From assembly GCA_964589175.1 (NCBI GenBank), contig CAZPRY010000007.1, positions 52,938 through 116,937 of the forward strand: a DNA stretch of 64,000 nucleotides. Reading direction: 5' to 3'. The stretch's first letter is position 1, and each line of letters opens with the position of its first letter. The position numbers were made by a program, and so were the translations under genes. Shown in pieces: positions 29,824 through 39,268 of this stretch. Origin of the DNA: an uncultured bacterium. GTDB lineage: Bacteria > Fidelibacterota > UBA2242. Below the pieces are notes generated by a model, which worked only from the letters and a program-made list of their open reading frames with translations, was not told where the DNA came from and did not search any database.

Positions 29824-30279
29824 ATGAAGATCCTCGTCATTCACGGACCGAACCTGCCTCTGCTCGGGAAAGTCTCGGCCCGGACCGGAACGCGGCTGAC
29901 CCTCGACAAAGTGAATTCCTCTCTACGCAAAAAGGCCCGGGAGCTGGGCGTTGAGATAAATATATTCCAGTTCTACGATGAACGCCATATGCTCAAGGCG
30001 ATCAGCACGCACCGCAACGATATGGACGGTCTGCTGCTTAGCCCCGGCGCCCTGTCGCGCAGCTGCTTTGCCCTCCGGGAACTGCTGGCCATCGTCTCGA
30101 TTCCAACAGTCGAGCTTCATCTTATGGATCTGCCTTTCGCCGCTGAGAGCTTTGCGGACTCCGTCCTGAAAGATATCATTCAGCAACGCTTTATCCTGCC
30201 GGGTCCAGAGGCCTATCCCAAAGCCCTGGAGCAGCTCGTTGCCGGTCTTCCCATTCAAAATCTACACCAAAAAGAATAA
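29824..30279 (+). CDS. Type II 3-dehydroquinate dehydratase (AroQ)-like protein with divergent active-site motifs
   Basis: MKILVIHGPNLPLLGK... matches the AroQ N-terminus. The catalytic-Tyr segment (REPxxYG) reads SARTGTR, and the H(I/L)SN motif reads HLMD. I placed the start at ATG 29824 rather than the longer ORF from 29563. Confidence 0.55.
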   Translation: MKILVIHGPNLPLLGKVSARTGTRLTLDKVNSSLRKKARELGVEINIFQFYDERHMLKAISTHRNDMDGLLLSPGALSRSCFALRELLAIVSIPTVELHLMDLPFAAESFADSVLKDIIQQRFILPGPEAYPKALEQLVAGLPIQNLHQKE

Positions 30280-30297
30280 ACATTTAGGAGTAACGCC

Positions 30298-31890
30298 ATG
30301 AAACGAGCGAGCCTGATTATCGTCTTTTTTCTCATGGCAGTGGTCCAGCTGAGTGCCTATCCGGGTGAAGTCATTCAGTCGTTCCCCACGCCGGGCAGCT
30401 GCCCGACCGGATTGACTTTCGATGGCCAAAACCTCTGGCTGGCTGACCGCAAGGCCGATAAACTGTTTTGTATTTCGCCCGTCACCGGCAAGGTTCTCAA
30501 AACGCTCGACGCGCCGGCTTACTGGCCGATGGGCCTCACCTGGGACGGAACCTGCCTCTGGAATGCCGACAACCAGGAGGGCAAGATCTACCGGATCGAT
30601 CCCGAAAAGGGCACGATCCTCAGAACTGTCGAGGCTCCCGAACGCAGTCCGCGCGGCCTGGCCTGGGACGGCCGGTACCTCTGGTGCGCCGACGATCAGG
30701 CCGACCAGATCATCCAGTTCAGTCCCGATGACGGCACCACCATTCGCGCCTTCCCGTCACCCGCCACCGATCCGCGGGGAATCTGTTACGACGGCAGTTA
30801 TCTCTGGATCTCGGATCGCATCAAAGACGAAATCTACATGGTCGATCCGAACAGCGGAGCGGTGCTTCTGATCACCGATGCGCCCGGACCGTTCACGCGC
30901 GGCCTGGCCTTCGACGGAACTAACCTGTGGGCGGTCGATTACCAGAATGACAAACTCTATCGCCTGAAAATGCGCGACGATCAGCAATTCATCCGCAAAA
31001 ACGAGCGCAAGGCCAAAATCCTGTTCACCCACCAGGTCAGGAATTTCGGACCCGGGAAAATCCGCGATCTCGACGTCCACCTGGCCGTTCCCCTGAACCG
31101 CGACAACCAGGTCATCATCGGGGACGTAGTCTACGAATCGCGACCGGAGGATTTCGTCCGGGATCAATGGGACCAGGAGACGGCGCATTTCCGTTACAAA
31201 AACATTAAGCAGGGTGAGACGATCAATACCGTGTCGACCACAACCGCCACGATTTACGAGACGCGCTACTTCCTTTTTCCGGACCATATCGGCATCCTGG
31301 ACGACATTCCCCAGGAGATTAAAGACAAATATCTGGCCGACGATGAAAAATATCAGCTAAATCATCCCGTCATTCAATCCGCTCTGCTTCAAAGCGTCGG
31401 GGATGAACAAAATCCCTACTGGATCGCCCGCAGGATTTTCGATTACCTGATCGAGAAACTGTTCTACGAGCGGGTCGGCGGCTGGAACACGGCTCCGACG
31501 GTGCTCGAACGCGGCAACGGCTCCTGCTCGGAATATACCTTCGTCTATATCTCAATGTGCCGCGCGGCCGGATTGCCGGCCCGCTATGTCGGCTCGGTAG
31601 TCGTGCGCGGCGACGACGCCAGCATGGATGACGTCTATCATCGCTGGGTCGAGGTTTACCTGCCCAATTACGGCTGGATTCCCGTCGATCCTAGCGGCGG
31701 CGATCGGGAATTGCCGCGCGATCAGGCCGACTATTTCGGGCATCTGGCGAACCGCTTTTTGATCACGACCGAAAGCGGCGGCGGATCGGAGACCATGGGC
31801 TGGACCTACAATTCCAACGAATTCTGGACGACCGATCCCCAGACCAAGGTCTATATTGAAACGATCGCGGAGTGGGAACCGCTACCATAA
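30298..31890 (+). CDS. Secreted transglutaminase-like cysteine protease-fold protein with an N-terminal 5-repeat beta-propeller-like domain
   Basis: Signal peptide. Five tandem ~47-aa repeats (P...GL.[FW]DG..LW.AD...D.[IL]Y.IDP..G..L). A C-terminal transglutaminase core carries the Cys/His/Asp triad (GSCSEYTFVYISMCRAAGLPARY...HRWVEVYL...IPVDPS). Confidence 0.7.
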   Translation: MKRASLIIVFFLMAVVQLSAYPGEVIQSFPTPGSCPTGLTFDGQNLWLADRKADKLFCISPVTGKVLKTLDAPAYWPMGLTWDGTCLWNADNQEGKIYRIDPEKGTILRTVEAPERSPRGLAWDGRYLWCADDQADQIIQFSPDDGTTIRAFPSPATDPRGICYDGSYLWISDRIKDEIYMVDPNSGAVLLITDAPGPFTRGLAFDGTNLWAVDYQNDKLYRLKMRDDQQFIRKNERKAKILFTHQVRNFGPGKIRDLDVHLAVPLNRDNQVIIGDVVYESRPEDFVRDQWDQETAHFRYKNIKQGETINTVSTTTATIYETRYFLFPDHIGILDDIPQEIKDKYLADDEKYQLNHPVIQSALLQSVGDEQNPYWIARRIFDYLIEKLFYERVGGWNTAPTVLERGNGSCSEYTFVYISMCRAAGLPARYVGSVVVRGDDASMDDVYHRWVEVYLPNYGWIPVDPSGGDRELPRDQADYFGHLANRFLITTESGGGSETMGWTYNSNEFWTTDPQTKVYIETIAEWEPLP

Positions 31891-31934
31891 TGGAATTTGC
31901 ATTCGGGTATTTTGAAATGAATTAGGAGAATTTT

Positions 31935-33158
31935 ATGCCTCTCGAAAAACTAGGAAAAACGCTGCAAGAAAATCTTGACGATCTGGCCCGCAGTGGCCGC
32001 GCGAAGGGGGAAGAGAAGATCATCGTCCGCGTGAAAAAAGCGGAGGGCAAAAAGGGACCACGTTACTATCTGCAGGGCTGGAACGACCGGGAATTTATCA
32101 AAATGAATTCCAACTCCTACCTCGGCATGTCCCTGCGCGAAGATATCATCGCGGCCGAAGAAGCCGCTGCCCGGGAATTCGGCGTCGGCCCCGGCGCGGT
32201 GCGTTTCATATCGGGAACTCATCAACCGCACATCGAACTCGAAGACCGGCTGGCGCGCTTCCATGGGCGTGAGGCAGGTATGATCTTCAGCTCGGCCTAT
32301 GTCACCAGCATGGGCGTCATCGTGCCGTTGGTCACGCCCGAGACAATCATTATCAGCGACGCTCTGAATCATAACTGCATCATCAACGCCATCCGGCTCT
32401 CACGTCCTGCCGACAAGGCCATCTACAAACACAACGACATGGCCGACTTGGAAGCACGACTGCAGGAAAGCATTGGCAAAGCCAAGCGCGTCCTGGTAAT
32501 CACCGACGGCATCTTCAGTATGCGTGGCGACAATGCGCCGCTGGACCGGCTGGTGGCGATCTGTCAAAAATTCGATCCTCACTTCGAAGAGGGCGTCATC
32601 TCCATCGCCGACGATTCGCACGGCGTGGGCGCTTTCGGACCGAGCGGGCGCGGCACCGAGGAATATTGCGGCACCAAGGTGGATGTGCTCATCGGGACCC
32701 TGGGCAAGGCTTTCGGCGTCAACGGCGGCTACGTCGTTTCCAGCGCCCCCTTGATCCGGTTTCTGCGCGAGACTGCGCCGATGTACATCTACTCCAATCC
32801 GATCACCGTCTCCGAAGCGCAGGCGTCTCTGAAATCACTGGAAATCCTGGACAGCCCCGAAGGCTTGCGCCTGTTGAAACATCTGCGTGCCATGACTGCG
32901 AAATTCGAACAGGGCCTGGTCGCACTGGGTTATGAAACGATTCCGGGCGAGCACCCGGTAGTGCCGTTAATGGTCCGGGATACCGCCAGGACAGCCGACA
33001 TCGTGAAGCATCTGACCGCCAACGGGGTCCTGGCTACCGGCCTGAATTTCCCGGTGGTACCCAAAGGCGATGAAGAGATCCGCTTCCAGGTTTGTGCCGA
33101 TCATACGGAAACGGATATTGATTATGTACTGAGTGTTTTAGCGGATTACCGAAAATAA
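31935..33158 (+). CDS. kbl: Glycine C-acetyltransferase (2-amino-3-ketobutyrate CoA ligase), alpha-oxoamine synthase family
   Basis: Near-collinear with Kbl blocks: ISDALNH, DGIFSMRGD, DDSHGVGAFG, the PLP lysine in IGTLGKAFG, and FPVVPKGDEEIRF. Confidence 0.8.
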   Translation: MPLEKLGKTLQENLDDLARSGRAKGEEKIIVRVKKAEGKKGPRYYLQGWNDREFIKMNSNSYLGMSLREDIIAAEEAAAREFGVGPGAVRFISGTHQPHIELEDRLARFHGREAGMIFSSAYVTSMGVIVPLVTPETIIISDALNHNCIINAIRLSRPADKAIYKHNDMADLEARLQESIGKAKRVLVITDGIFSMRGDNAPLDRLVAICQKFDPHFEEGVISIADDSHGVGAFGPSGRGTEEYCGTKVDVLIGTLGKAFGVNGGYVVSSAPLIRFLRETAPMYIYSNPITVSEAQASLKSLEILDSPEGLRLLKHLRAMTAKFEQGLVALGYETIPGEHPVVPLMVRDTARTADIVKHLTANGVLATGLNFPVVPKGDEEIRFQVCADHTETDIDYVLSVLADYRK

Positions 33159-33235
33159 TACGGATTACAGTGTCAAATCAAAAAGGGGCTACTCTTGCGG
33201 AACGGCCCCTTTTTATATCCACCTAAAAGTTAAAT

Positions 33236-34282
33236 CTACGCCGCACCCTTATCCTTGTGCATGTACAGCGTGCGAATCGGGAACGGAATTTCGATGCCTT
33301 CCTTTTTATAGCGGCGGTGCAGGCGCTTGACAAACTCGTGCTTAACCAAAAACTGGTCCATAAATTCACCGGCCTTCATAATGACCGTGAAATTGATGCT
33401 GCTGTCCCCAAACGTATGAAAGCGCACCAGCGGCTCGGAATCCGGTATGCCGCCCGGTACGGTCTGCATAACCTCTTGAGCCACTTCTTTGGTCACCCTT
33501 TCCACCATCTCGAGATCGCTGTCATAATGCACGCCGACCTGGAGGCGGACGCCGAGTTCCTGCACCGGTTGGTTGAAATTGGTCAGGATCGAAGAGGATA
33601 ATTTCCCGTTGGGTATGATGATCATGTTGTTCTGCATGGCCCGGATGGTGGTATTGCGCCAGGATACATCCGTGACGTAGCCTTCCTGCCCGCTGTCGAG
33701 TTGCACATAGTCGCCCGGAACCACCAGCCGGGTGCCGATGATGTACAGGCCGGCGAAGAAATTGGATAGCGTGTCCTGCAGCGCCAGGGCGACCGCCAAA
33801 CCACCAACGCCCAAAGCGGTCAGAATGGGCGTAATCGATATTCCCAATGTCTGCAGAATGATCAAACCGCCCAGAACAAAAACGAGGACCTTGGTCAGGT
33901 TGGCAAACAGCGATACGGACGGCATGCTGGTTTTCTCGGCCTGCAGGCGAATCAGACCCACAGCGATCCGCGACGCCATCACTACTCCCGAGAAAATCGC
34001 AACAACGAGCAGTATCTTACCGATCAGATCCAGATTTTCCTTGCTTAACTGCAAAAACTTGGAGGCAATGTCGATCCCGGCCAGACTGAACCAGATGATC
34101 GGCATCCGGCGCAGGACCTTTGTGAGAACCGCAACGCCTTTCCATCTTTTTTTGCCGCGCCGCCGGGCGAGACGCGCCAGACGCCGCATGATCACCACTT
34201 CAACCAGAAAACCGATTAATACACCGAGAAGGATGATCCCGATCGGAATCGCCCATTTGATAATTTCTTGCTTTATATCCAT
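33236..34282 (-). CDS. Mechanosensitive ion channel (MscS family)
   Basis: N-terminal TM helices. Conserved MscS pore and beta-domain region (VLGGLIILQTLGISITPILTALGVGGLAVALALQDTLSNFFAGLYII...GDYV). Confidence 0.85.
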   Translation of the reverse strand: MDIKQEIIKWAIPIGIILLGVLIGFLVEVVIMRRLARLARRRGKKRWKGVAVLTKVLRRMPIIWFSLAGIDIASKFLQLSKENLDLIGKILLVVAIFSGVVMASRIAVGLIRLQAEKTSMPSVSLFANLTKVLVFVLGGLIILQTLGISITPILTALGVGGLAVALALQDTLSNFFAGLYIIGTRLVVPGDYVQLDSGQEGYVTDVSWRNTTIRAMQNNMIIIPNGKLSSSILTNFNQPVQELGVRLQVGVHYDSDLEMVERVTKEVAQEVMQTVPGGIPDSEPLVRFHTFGDSSINFTVIMKAGEFMDQFLVKHEFVKRLHRRYKKEGIEIPFPIRTLYMHKDKGAA

Positions 34283-34338
34283 ACTCTCCCCAGGATAGTT
34301 GTATGCTGATCGTTCATTCTTTGTATTGAAAAGCTACT

Positions 34339-35112
34339 TTATCGCCTTGCGGAAAACCAGGGAAAAAAGGCACTGGTGCCGGCTTTGTAAGCTTCGAATT
34401 CAGGATTGCCGGCGTATTTCTTTTCCAGCATGGGAATTCCGGAGACTTTCAACAATAGAAAGCTAATCGCCAGCGGGCTGATTATCGCCGTCCAGCCGTA
34501 CGGCAGCGGCAACGCGAGCAGGAAAACGCCCCACCACATCGCCGTCTCGCCGAAGTAATTCGGATGCCGTGTGCAGCGCCAGAGCCCGGTTGTCATGATT
34601 TTGCCCCGATTGGCGGGATTCTTTTTAAAGCGGCTCATCTGGTAATCACCGACAGCCTCGAAAAAGAAGCCGATCACCCAGATCATTCCGCCGGCCATTT
34701 CAATCAAACCAACGGGGGTGAACGGTGCAACAGTTATGAGTACAAGCGGGTAAGCCACGATCAGCATTATCAAACCCTGCAGCATGAAAATCTGCAGGTA
34801 GCTGCGCAGAACGAAGTTTCTGCCCCATTCTCTGCGCCAGGCGGCATAGCGAAAATCCTCTCCCCTGCCGCGATTGCGGAAGAAGACGTAGACGGCTAAC
34901 CGTAATCCCCACAGCAGCATCAGGAAGTACGCAATTCCACGCATCCCGGGAAAAGGGTGCCCATAAATGATCGTTACGATTGAAACGAGGATAAAACCCG
35001 GGCCCCAGCCGATATCCACAATCGAGTTGTCTTTGAGGGTTAAGGCCAGCAGGAATAACAGCGTCATGTAGACAAATATAGCAACGGCTGAAATAGTTAA
35101 TAGCTCGATCAT
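34339..35112 (-). CDS. DUF1295/steroid 5-alpha-reductase-like polytopic membrane protein
   Basis: Multi-TM protein. The C-terminal motif TTGLWRCTRHPNYFGE is characteristic of the DUF1295/ICMT/5-alpha-reductase fold. Confidence 0.7.
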   Translation of the reverse strand: MIELLTISAVAIFVYMTLLFLLALTLKDNSIVDIGWGPGFILVSIVTIIYGHPFPGMRGIAYFLMLLWGLRLAVYVFFRNRGRGEDFRYAAWRREWGRNFVLRSYLQIFMLQGLIMLIVAYPLVLITVAPFTPVGLIEMAGGMIWVIGFFFEAVGDYQMSRFKKNPANRGKIMTTGLWRCTRHPNYFGETAMWWGVFLLALPLPYGWTAIISPLAISFLLLKVSGIPMLEKKYAGNPEFEAYKAGTSAFFPWFSARR

Positions 35113-35257
35113 TCTATTCCCCTATCAAACATGATCCAATCCAATTTCTTAGCCACTTCAAAGACCGATGAAGTTATTCACTCCTGACTTGATCGCACCG
35201 AAAACCATAATATTGGCCTCTAGATTTTTGATTCGACATTGCAGTCCTGATGAAGGT

Positions 35258-36001
35258 TTAAAATTGCCCGACAGTGAAGAACTGCTTCACGGCCGAGATG
35301 CCCGATATTTTGGCTTGCTCCACGCTCCCGCTGAAAAGGATTTTACCGTCTTCCAGGAAAATAACCCGGTCGGCGACACGGTGGATACTGGCCAGCTCGT
35401 GGGTTACGATTACAATCGTCATATTCAACTGGTCGCGCAGTTTCAGAATTAATTCATCGAGCGAAGCACTGGTCAGCGGATCCAGGCCGGCCGACGGCTC
35501 GTCGCAGAAAAGAATTTTAGGATCGAGGGCGATGGCACGCGCCAGGGCGGCCCGCTTTTTCATACCGCCCGATAATTCGGACGGCAGGAGCTGCAAAGCA
35601 TGCCCCAGATTCACCAGGCCCAGTTTCACCTCGACGATTTTTTCGATGAGATCGCGGGAGAGGCGCGTATGCTGTTCGAGCGGCATGGCTACGTTGTCGG
35701 CCACGCTGATCGAGTTGATCAAGGCGCCGTTCTGGAACAGCATCCCGATGTGGATCAGAATCGCCTCGAAAGCGTTCTCGTCCATTCCGATGGTTTCCTG
35801 ACCGAGGATTTTCACTGATCCGCTTTCGGGATCGTGCAGGCGCAGGATATTTTTCAGCAACGTGGTTTTCCCGCAGCCGCTGCCGCCGATAATCACGGAA
35901 ATTTCGCCCGCGTAAATATCGAGATTGATATCACTCAGAATGACCCGTTCGTCATAACGGGCGATCATATTTCTGACTGCGATGATCGGGTTCTTTTCCA
36001 T
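35258..36001 (-). CDS. mlaF: ABC transporter ATP-binding protein, MlaF-like
   Basis: Walker A GGSGCGKTT, signature LSGGMKKRAALARA, Walker B ILFCDEPSAGLD. About 250 aa with no TM domain. Confidence 0.85.
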   Translation of the reverse strand: MEKNPIIAVRNMIARYDERVILSDINLDIYAGEISVIIGGSGCGKTTLLKNILRLHDPESGSVKILGQETIGMDENAFEAILIHIGMLFQNGALINSISVADNVAMPLEQHTRLSRDLIEKIVEVKLGLVNLGHALQLLPSELSGGMKKRAALARAIALDPKILFCDEPSAGLDPLTSASLDELILKLRDQLNMTIVIVTHELASIHRVADRVIFLEDGKILFSGSVEQAKISGISAVKQFFTVGQF

Positions 36002-37189
36002 TTAAATCATATAGAAGAGACTAAACAGGGCATCCAGAATAATCACGGCGAAAATAGAGGCGACGACCGCTTTGGTGGTGACTTTGCCGACGCCTTCCGC
36101 ACCGCCCTTGACTTGGAAGCCGAAATAGCTGCCGATGATGACAATCACCCAGGCAAAGAAGATGCTTTTACTGAAGCCGATCAGCAAATCCTCGGCATTC
36201 AGAATTAAGATGGTCTCATTCATGTAGGCCGACACCGATAGCCCCAGGTAAGTCAGACCGATCAGGACGCCGCCTAAAATACCGGCCGCGATCGAGAGCA
36301 TGACCAGGAGCGGCATACAGAAAGTCATGGCGTGCAGTTTGGGAATCACCACATAACGGACGGGGTGAATCGCCATCATCTTCAGGGCATCGATCTCTTC
36401 GGTCACTTTCATCGTGGCAATCTCGGCCGCGATGGCCGATCCGCTGCGGCCCGCCACCAGAATCGCCGTCATCATCGGCCCCATCTCCCGTACCATCGAT
36501 ACCGCCAAGAGATCGGCGACATAGATATTCGCACCGAATTGCCGCAGCTGCGCCGCCGATTGCAGGGCCAGGATCAAGCCCAGGATGAAAGACAGCAGGC
36601 CGACGATACCGACCGCATCCGCGCCGATCAGCAGCGCCTGCTGCAGGACGGCCCCCTTGCGCTGTCCGCGATGGTTAAAAAGCCCGATAAAAGACCAGAA
36701 GGCGATGTCCGACGTCAGGTACATCCCCTCGACGAATGCTTTCCAGGCCTGGTAGAAATTATTCCCGATAGCCTCTAAGAAATTCGGTGAGGGTTTTTTC
36801 GCGGCGGGTTTCAGGCGTTTGCCTGAGAAGGTGCTGATCGTATCCCGGAAATGATCCGGAACGCGGCTCAGTTCGATATCGGGCTTCCGGAGCTTTTCGG
36901 CGATCCAGTCCAGAAAGGCCACGCCGCTGCTGTCCAGCACCGTTAGCGCCTGCAGATCGATGCTCTTCGCCGCAGTGGCATCCAACCGCGAAAACTGTTT
37001 CGTCAGGAGCGGAACGGTCTCTTTGGTCAGTTCCCCTTCGAGCTGAATGCGCGCGCTCTCTTTATCGAATGATAATCCCACTTTCTTCTCTTCATCCTCC
37101 CCGGTTGTGTCCGGAACTGAAAGATTTGCCTCAGCGCAGGAAATAGGTGATGCGCAGGAACAGCGTGTGCCGGTCGACAATATACTCAT
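36002..37189 (-). CDS. mlaE: MlaE-like ABC permease fused to an N-terminal STAS (MlaB-like) domain
   Basis: The N-terminal ~110 aa match a STAS anti-sigma-antagonist fold (LTVLDSSGVAFLDWI). The C-terminal ~260 aa form an MlaE/YrbE permease. The first 59 nt overlap the upstream lipoprotein gene; the true start may be GTG near 37081. Confidence 0.8.
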   Translation of the reverse strand: MSILSTGTRCSCASPISCAEANLSVPDTTGEDEEKKVGLSFDKESARIQLEGELTKETVPLLTKQFSRLDATAAKSIDLQALTVLDSSGVAFLDWIAEKLRKPDIELSRVPDHFRDTISTFSGKRLKPAAKKPSPNFLEAIGNNFYQAWKAFVEGMYLTSDIAFWSFIGLFNHRGQRKGAVLQQALLIGADAVGIVGLLSFILGLILALQSAAQLRQFGANIYVADLLAVSMVREMGPMMTAILVAGRSGSAIAAEIATMKVTEEIDALKMMAIHPVRYVVIPKLHAMTFCMPLLVMLSIAAGILGGVLIGLTYLGLSVSAYMNETILILNAEDLLIGFSKSIFFAWVIVIIGSYFGFQVKGGAEGVGKVTTKAVVASIFAVIILDALFSLFYMI

Positions 37190-39254
37190 TGCCGTCTTCG
37201 GACTGTTTATTGCGCAGACGGATTTTGTAATCCAGGGATATGTATTTGAATAATTTCAGATTGAATACATTTTCCCACTCCACCGCCATATCCTGGTCCG
37301 GATTGAACGGAAACAGGAAATCGGCGGTTGTGTAATAGGTCAGGTTGAGCGGCAGCTGGAAATTGCCCACCACCGATACCTCGGTACCCTCCTTGTAGGC
37401 CGATTCCTTCTCGATATACACTTTATAGACCTCGCTGCCGATTGTCTCCGGCACATCCGAAAGATTGAATACATTGTCGTTGATATCCTGGCGCATACCG
37501 AATCCGAAACGCAGGTTCAGGTTGGCCTGCGCCGTGTTGAAAATCCGGTAGTTGATGCCGACGCCCTCTTTCAACACCAACGGAAAAAAAGGCTGCTTGA
37601 TGCTAACCTTATCCACGCCAATCCTGCGCTCCAGGTCGTTCCCGTTCAGGTCTTTTTTGACATAATTAAAATCACCGGCGCTGTAAAAATTTTCCATGAA
37701 TAAATGGCTCTCGGTATCGAATCTTCCGTAGAAACCGATGTTTTTGAAGAAATAATAGATAAACGTATTCTTGAGATAAAAATCATCCGTTGAAATCCGG
37801 AACCCGGTATCCGTGGTTTTGGTCGTCCCCAGTTCGATCAGGTTGCGCATGGTATAGTGAATCGGCCGCTTATCAAAGATCACGGTATTGTCGAACTGCG
37901 TATTCAGGGTGACGGTGACCTCATGATTCTCCTTATCCTTCTCGTTATCACTGTTCATGTTGGCGTTGCCGTGAACGGCATTCGAGAAGCGCCAGTTTTC
38001 CAGAGAGGTGAGCAGGTCGCCCTCTTCCAGAATACCGGCTCCGAGCATGGTGGTCGGGTTACCCTCGTCATCGGTATCAACCACGATCGTGAACTTCTTG
38101 ACCTGACCTTCTTCGAGGAAAACCGTGCCGAAATCGCGGTAAGTATTGAACGTCTCTCCGTTAATCGTGATTTTGTACAGGGCGGGTTTCAGAACCCAGA
38201 TTTTCTGCTGTTCGCCGAGCTCCTTCTCGGCCGGAAATTCGGTTCCGTAGCTCATGCCGCTCTCCGAATCGAAAATCTCATAGCGCACTTTGGCGAAGTT
38301 GCGTTTCTCATCAATAACATCCACGATCAGGCAACCCCAGACGGGCTCGATAATCGTTTTATAGCGTGGAATGATCTCGATCTCCTCAGTACCCATCAAC
38401 TGCGCAACGCTGCCAGATCCGTATTTCACGGAATACTTGCCTTCCTCAAGCGGCATGGGTACGCCCATCTGCCCGGCGATTTCCTGCCCCTCCGCATCGT
38501 ATATTTTATACGGCGGTTCGTTATTGGTCTTGGTAATCGAAGGCAAAAGCAGCGATCCCATTCCCTGCGATTCCCCCTCGTCGGGAACCATTTCGACGAT
38601 TCGCTCTTCATCTTTTATTTGATCGGATTTGAGGATGGGCCGTTTCTCCCGGAAACTGATGATGATCTTCTCGATGAATTTGTCACTCTCCTCCATGATC
38701 ATATCGTTGATAATCTGCACATACGTCTCGACTTCATCATCCAGCAAAACCCGCTCACGATTCATCGAATGCTGCACCTGGTAGGTCTGCTGATCCATGC
38801 GGCGGAGATAAAAATCCATGTTCAGCCGGGCCTCTTTGACGGATTCGGATTCATAGAGTTCGATGTTGTTAATCTGGGTAAAAACAACGTAATCCGGCCG
38901 GGCTTCGGTGATTTCACGTTCCACGTGCCGGAATACGTTATAACGTTCGAGCCGTTTGCCGATCAGGTTGGGAATGATCTCCGACAATTCCACGGCCCAG
39001 ATATCATGGCTGGAATAGGTGATCCGCGGTCCGAAATGACGCACAACCAGTTGTTTGCGATCGTAGGTATTCGGAATCTTGGTATCTTCGACGATTGCCG
39101 AAAAATTAAAGGGCTGGGTTTGAATCAATTCCGGCTTTTCGGAATAGGGAAAATACTCCAGCACATAATAATTGGTCGGCACCGCCTGTCGAAACGAACA
39201 TCCCACCATCAGGAAAAGCAGCAGGAACGGGATAACTTTATGTATAGATTTCAT
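37131..39254 (-). CDS. Lipoprotein with an N-terminal PqiC/YmbA-like (DUF330, ABC-transport auxiliary) domain fused to a ~500-aa beta-strand-rich C-terminal domain
   Basis: Lipobox LMVGCS. The N-terminal ~190 aa (NYYVLEYFP...) resemble PqiC-type MCE-associated lipoproteins. The C-terminal part has alternating hydrophobic/polar dyads and an aromatic-rich terminus (...RITYFLR), which suggests an OM beta-barrel. Confidence 0.6.
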   Translation of the reverse strand: MKSIHKVIPFLLLFLMVGCSFRQAVPTNYYVLEYFPYSEKPELIQTQPFNFSAIVEDTKIPNTYDRKQLVVRHFGPRITYSSHDIWAVELSEIIPNLIGKRLERYNVFRHVEREITEARPDYVVFTQINNIELYESESVKEARLNMDFYLRRMDQQTYQVQHSMNRERVLLDDEVETYVQIINDMIMEESDKFIEKIIISFREKRPILKSDQIKDEERIVEMVPDEGESQGMGSLLLPSITKTNNEPPYKIYDAEGQEIAGQMGVPMPLEEGKYSVKYGSGSVAQLMGTEEIEIIPRYKTIIEPVWGCLIVDVIDEKRNFAKVRYEIFDSESGMSYGTEFPAEKELGEQQKIWVLKPALYKITINGETFNTYRDFGTVFLEEGQVKKFTIVVDTDDEGNPTTMLGAGILEEGDLLTSLENWRFSNAVHGNANMNSDNEKDKENHEVTVTLNTQFDNTVIFDKRPIHYTMRNLIELGTTKTTDTGFRISTDDFYLKNTFIYYFFKNIGFYGRFDTESHLFMENFYSAGDFNYVKKDLNGNDLERRIGVDKVSIKQPFFPLVLKEGVGINYRIFNTAQANLNLRFGFGMRQDINDNVFNLSDVPETIGSEVYKVYIEKESAYKEGTEVSVVGNFQLPLNLTYYTTADFLFPFNPDQDMAVEWENVFNLKLFKYISLDYKIRLRNKQSEDGNEYIVDRHTLFLRITYFLR

Positions 39255-39268
39255 CGGCTTTCCTACGA

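Noticed and set aside
29563-30279. A 238-aa version of the AroQ-like ORF
   Set aside because: The upstream 87 codons overlap the amidohydrolase 3' end and show no family similarity. MKILVIHGPNL at 29824 matches the AroQ N-terminus.
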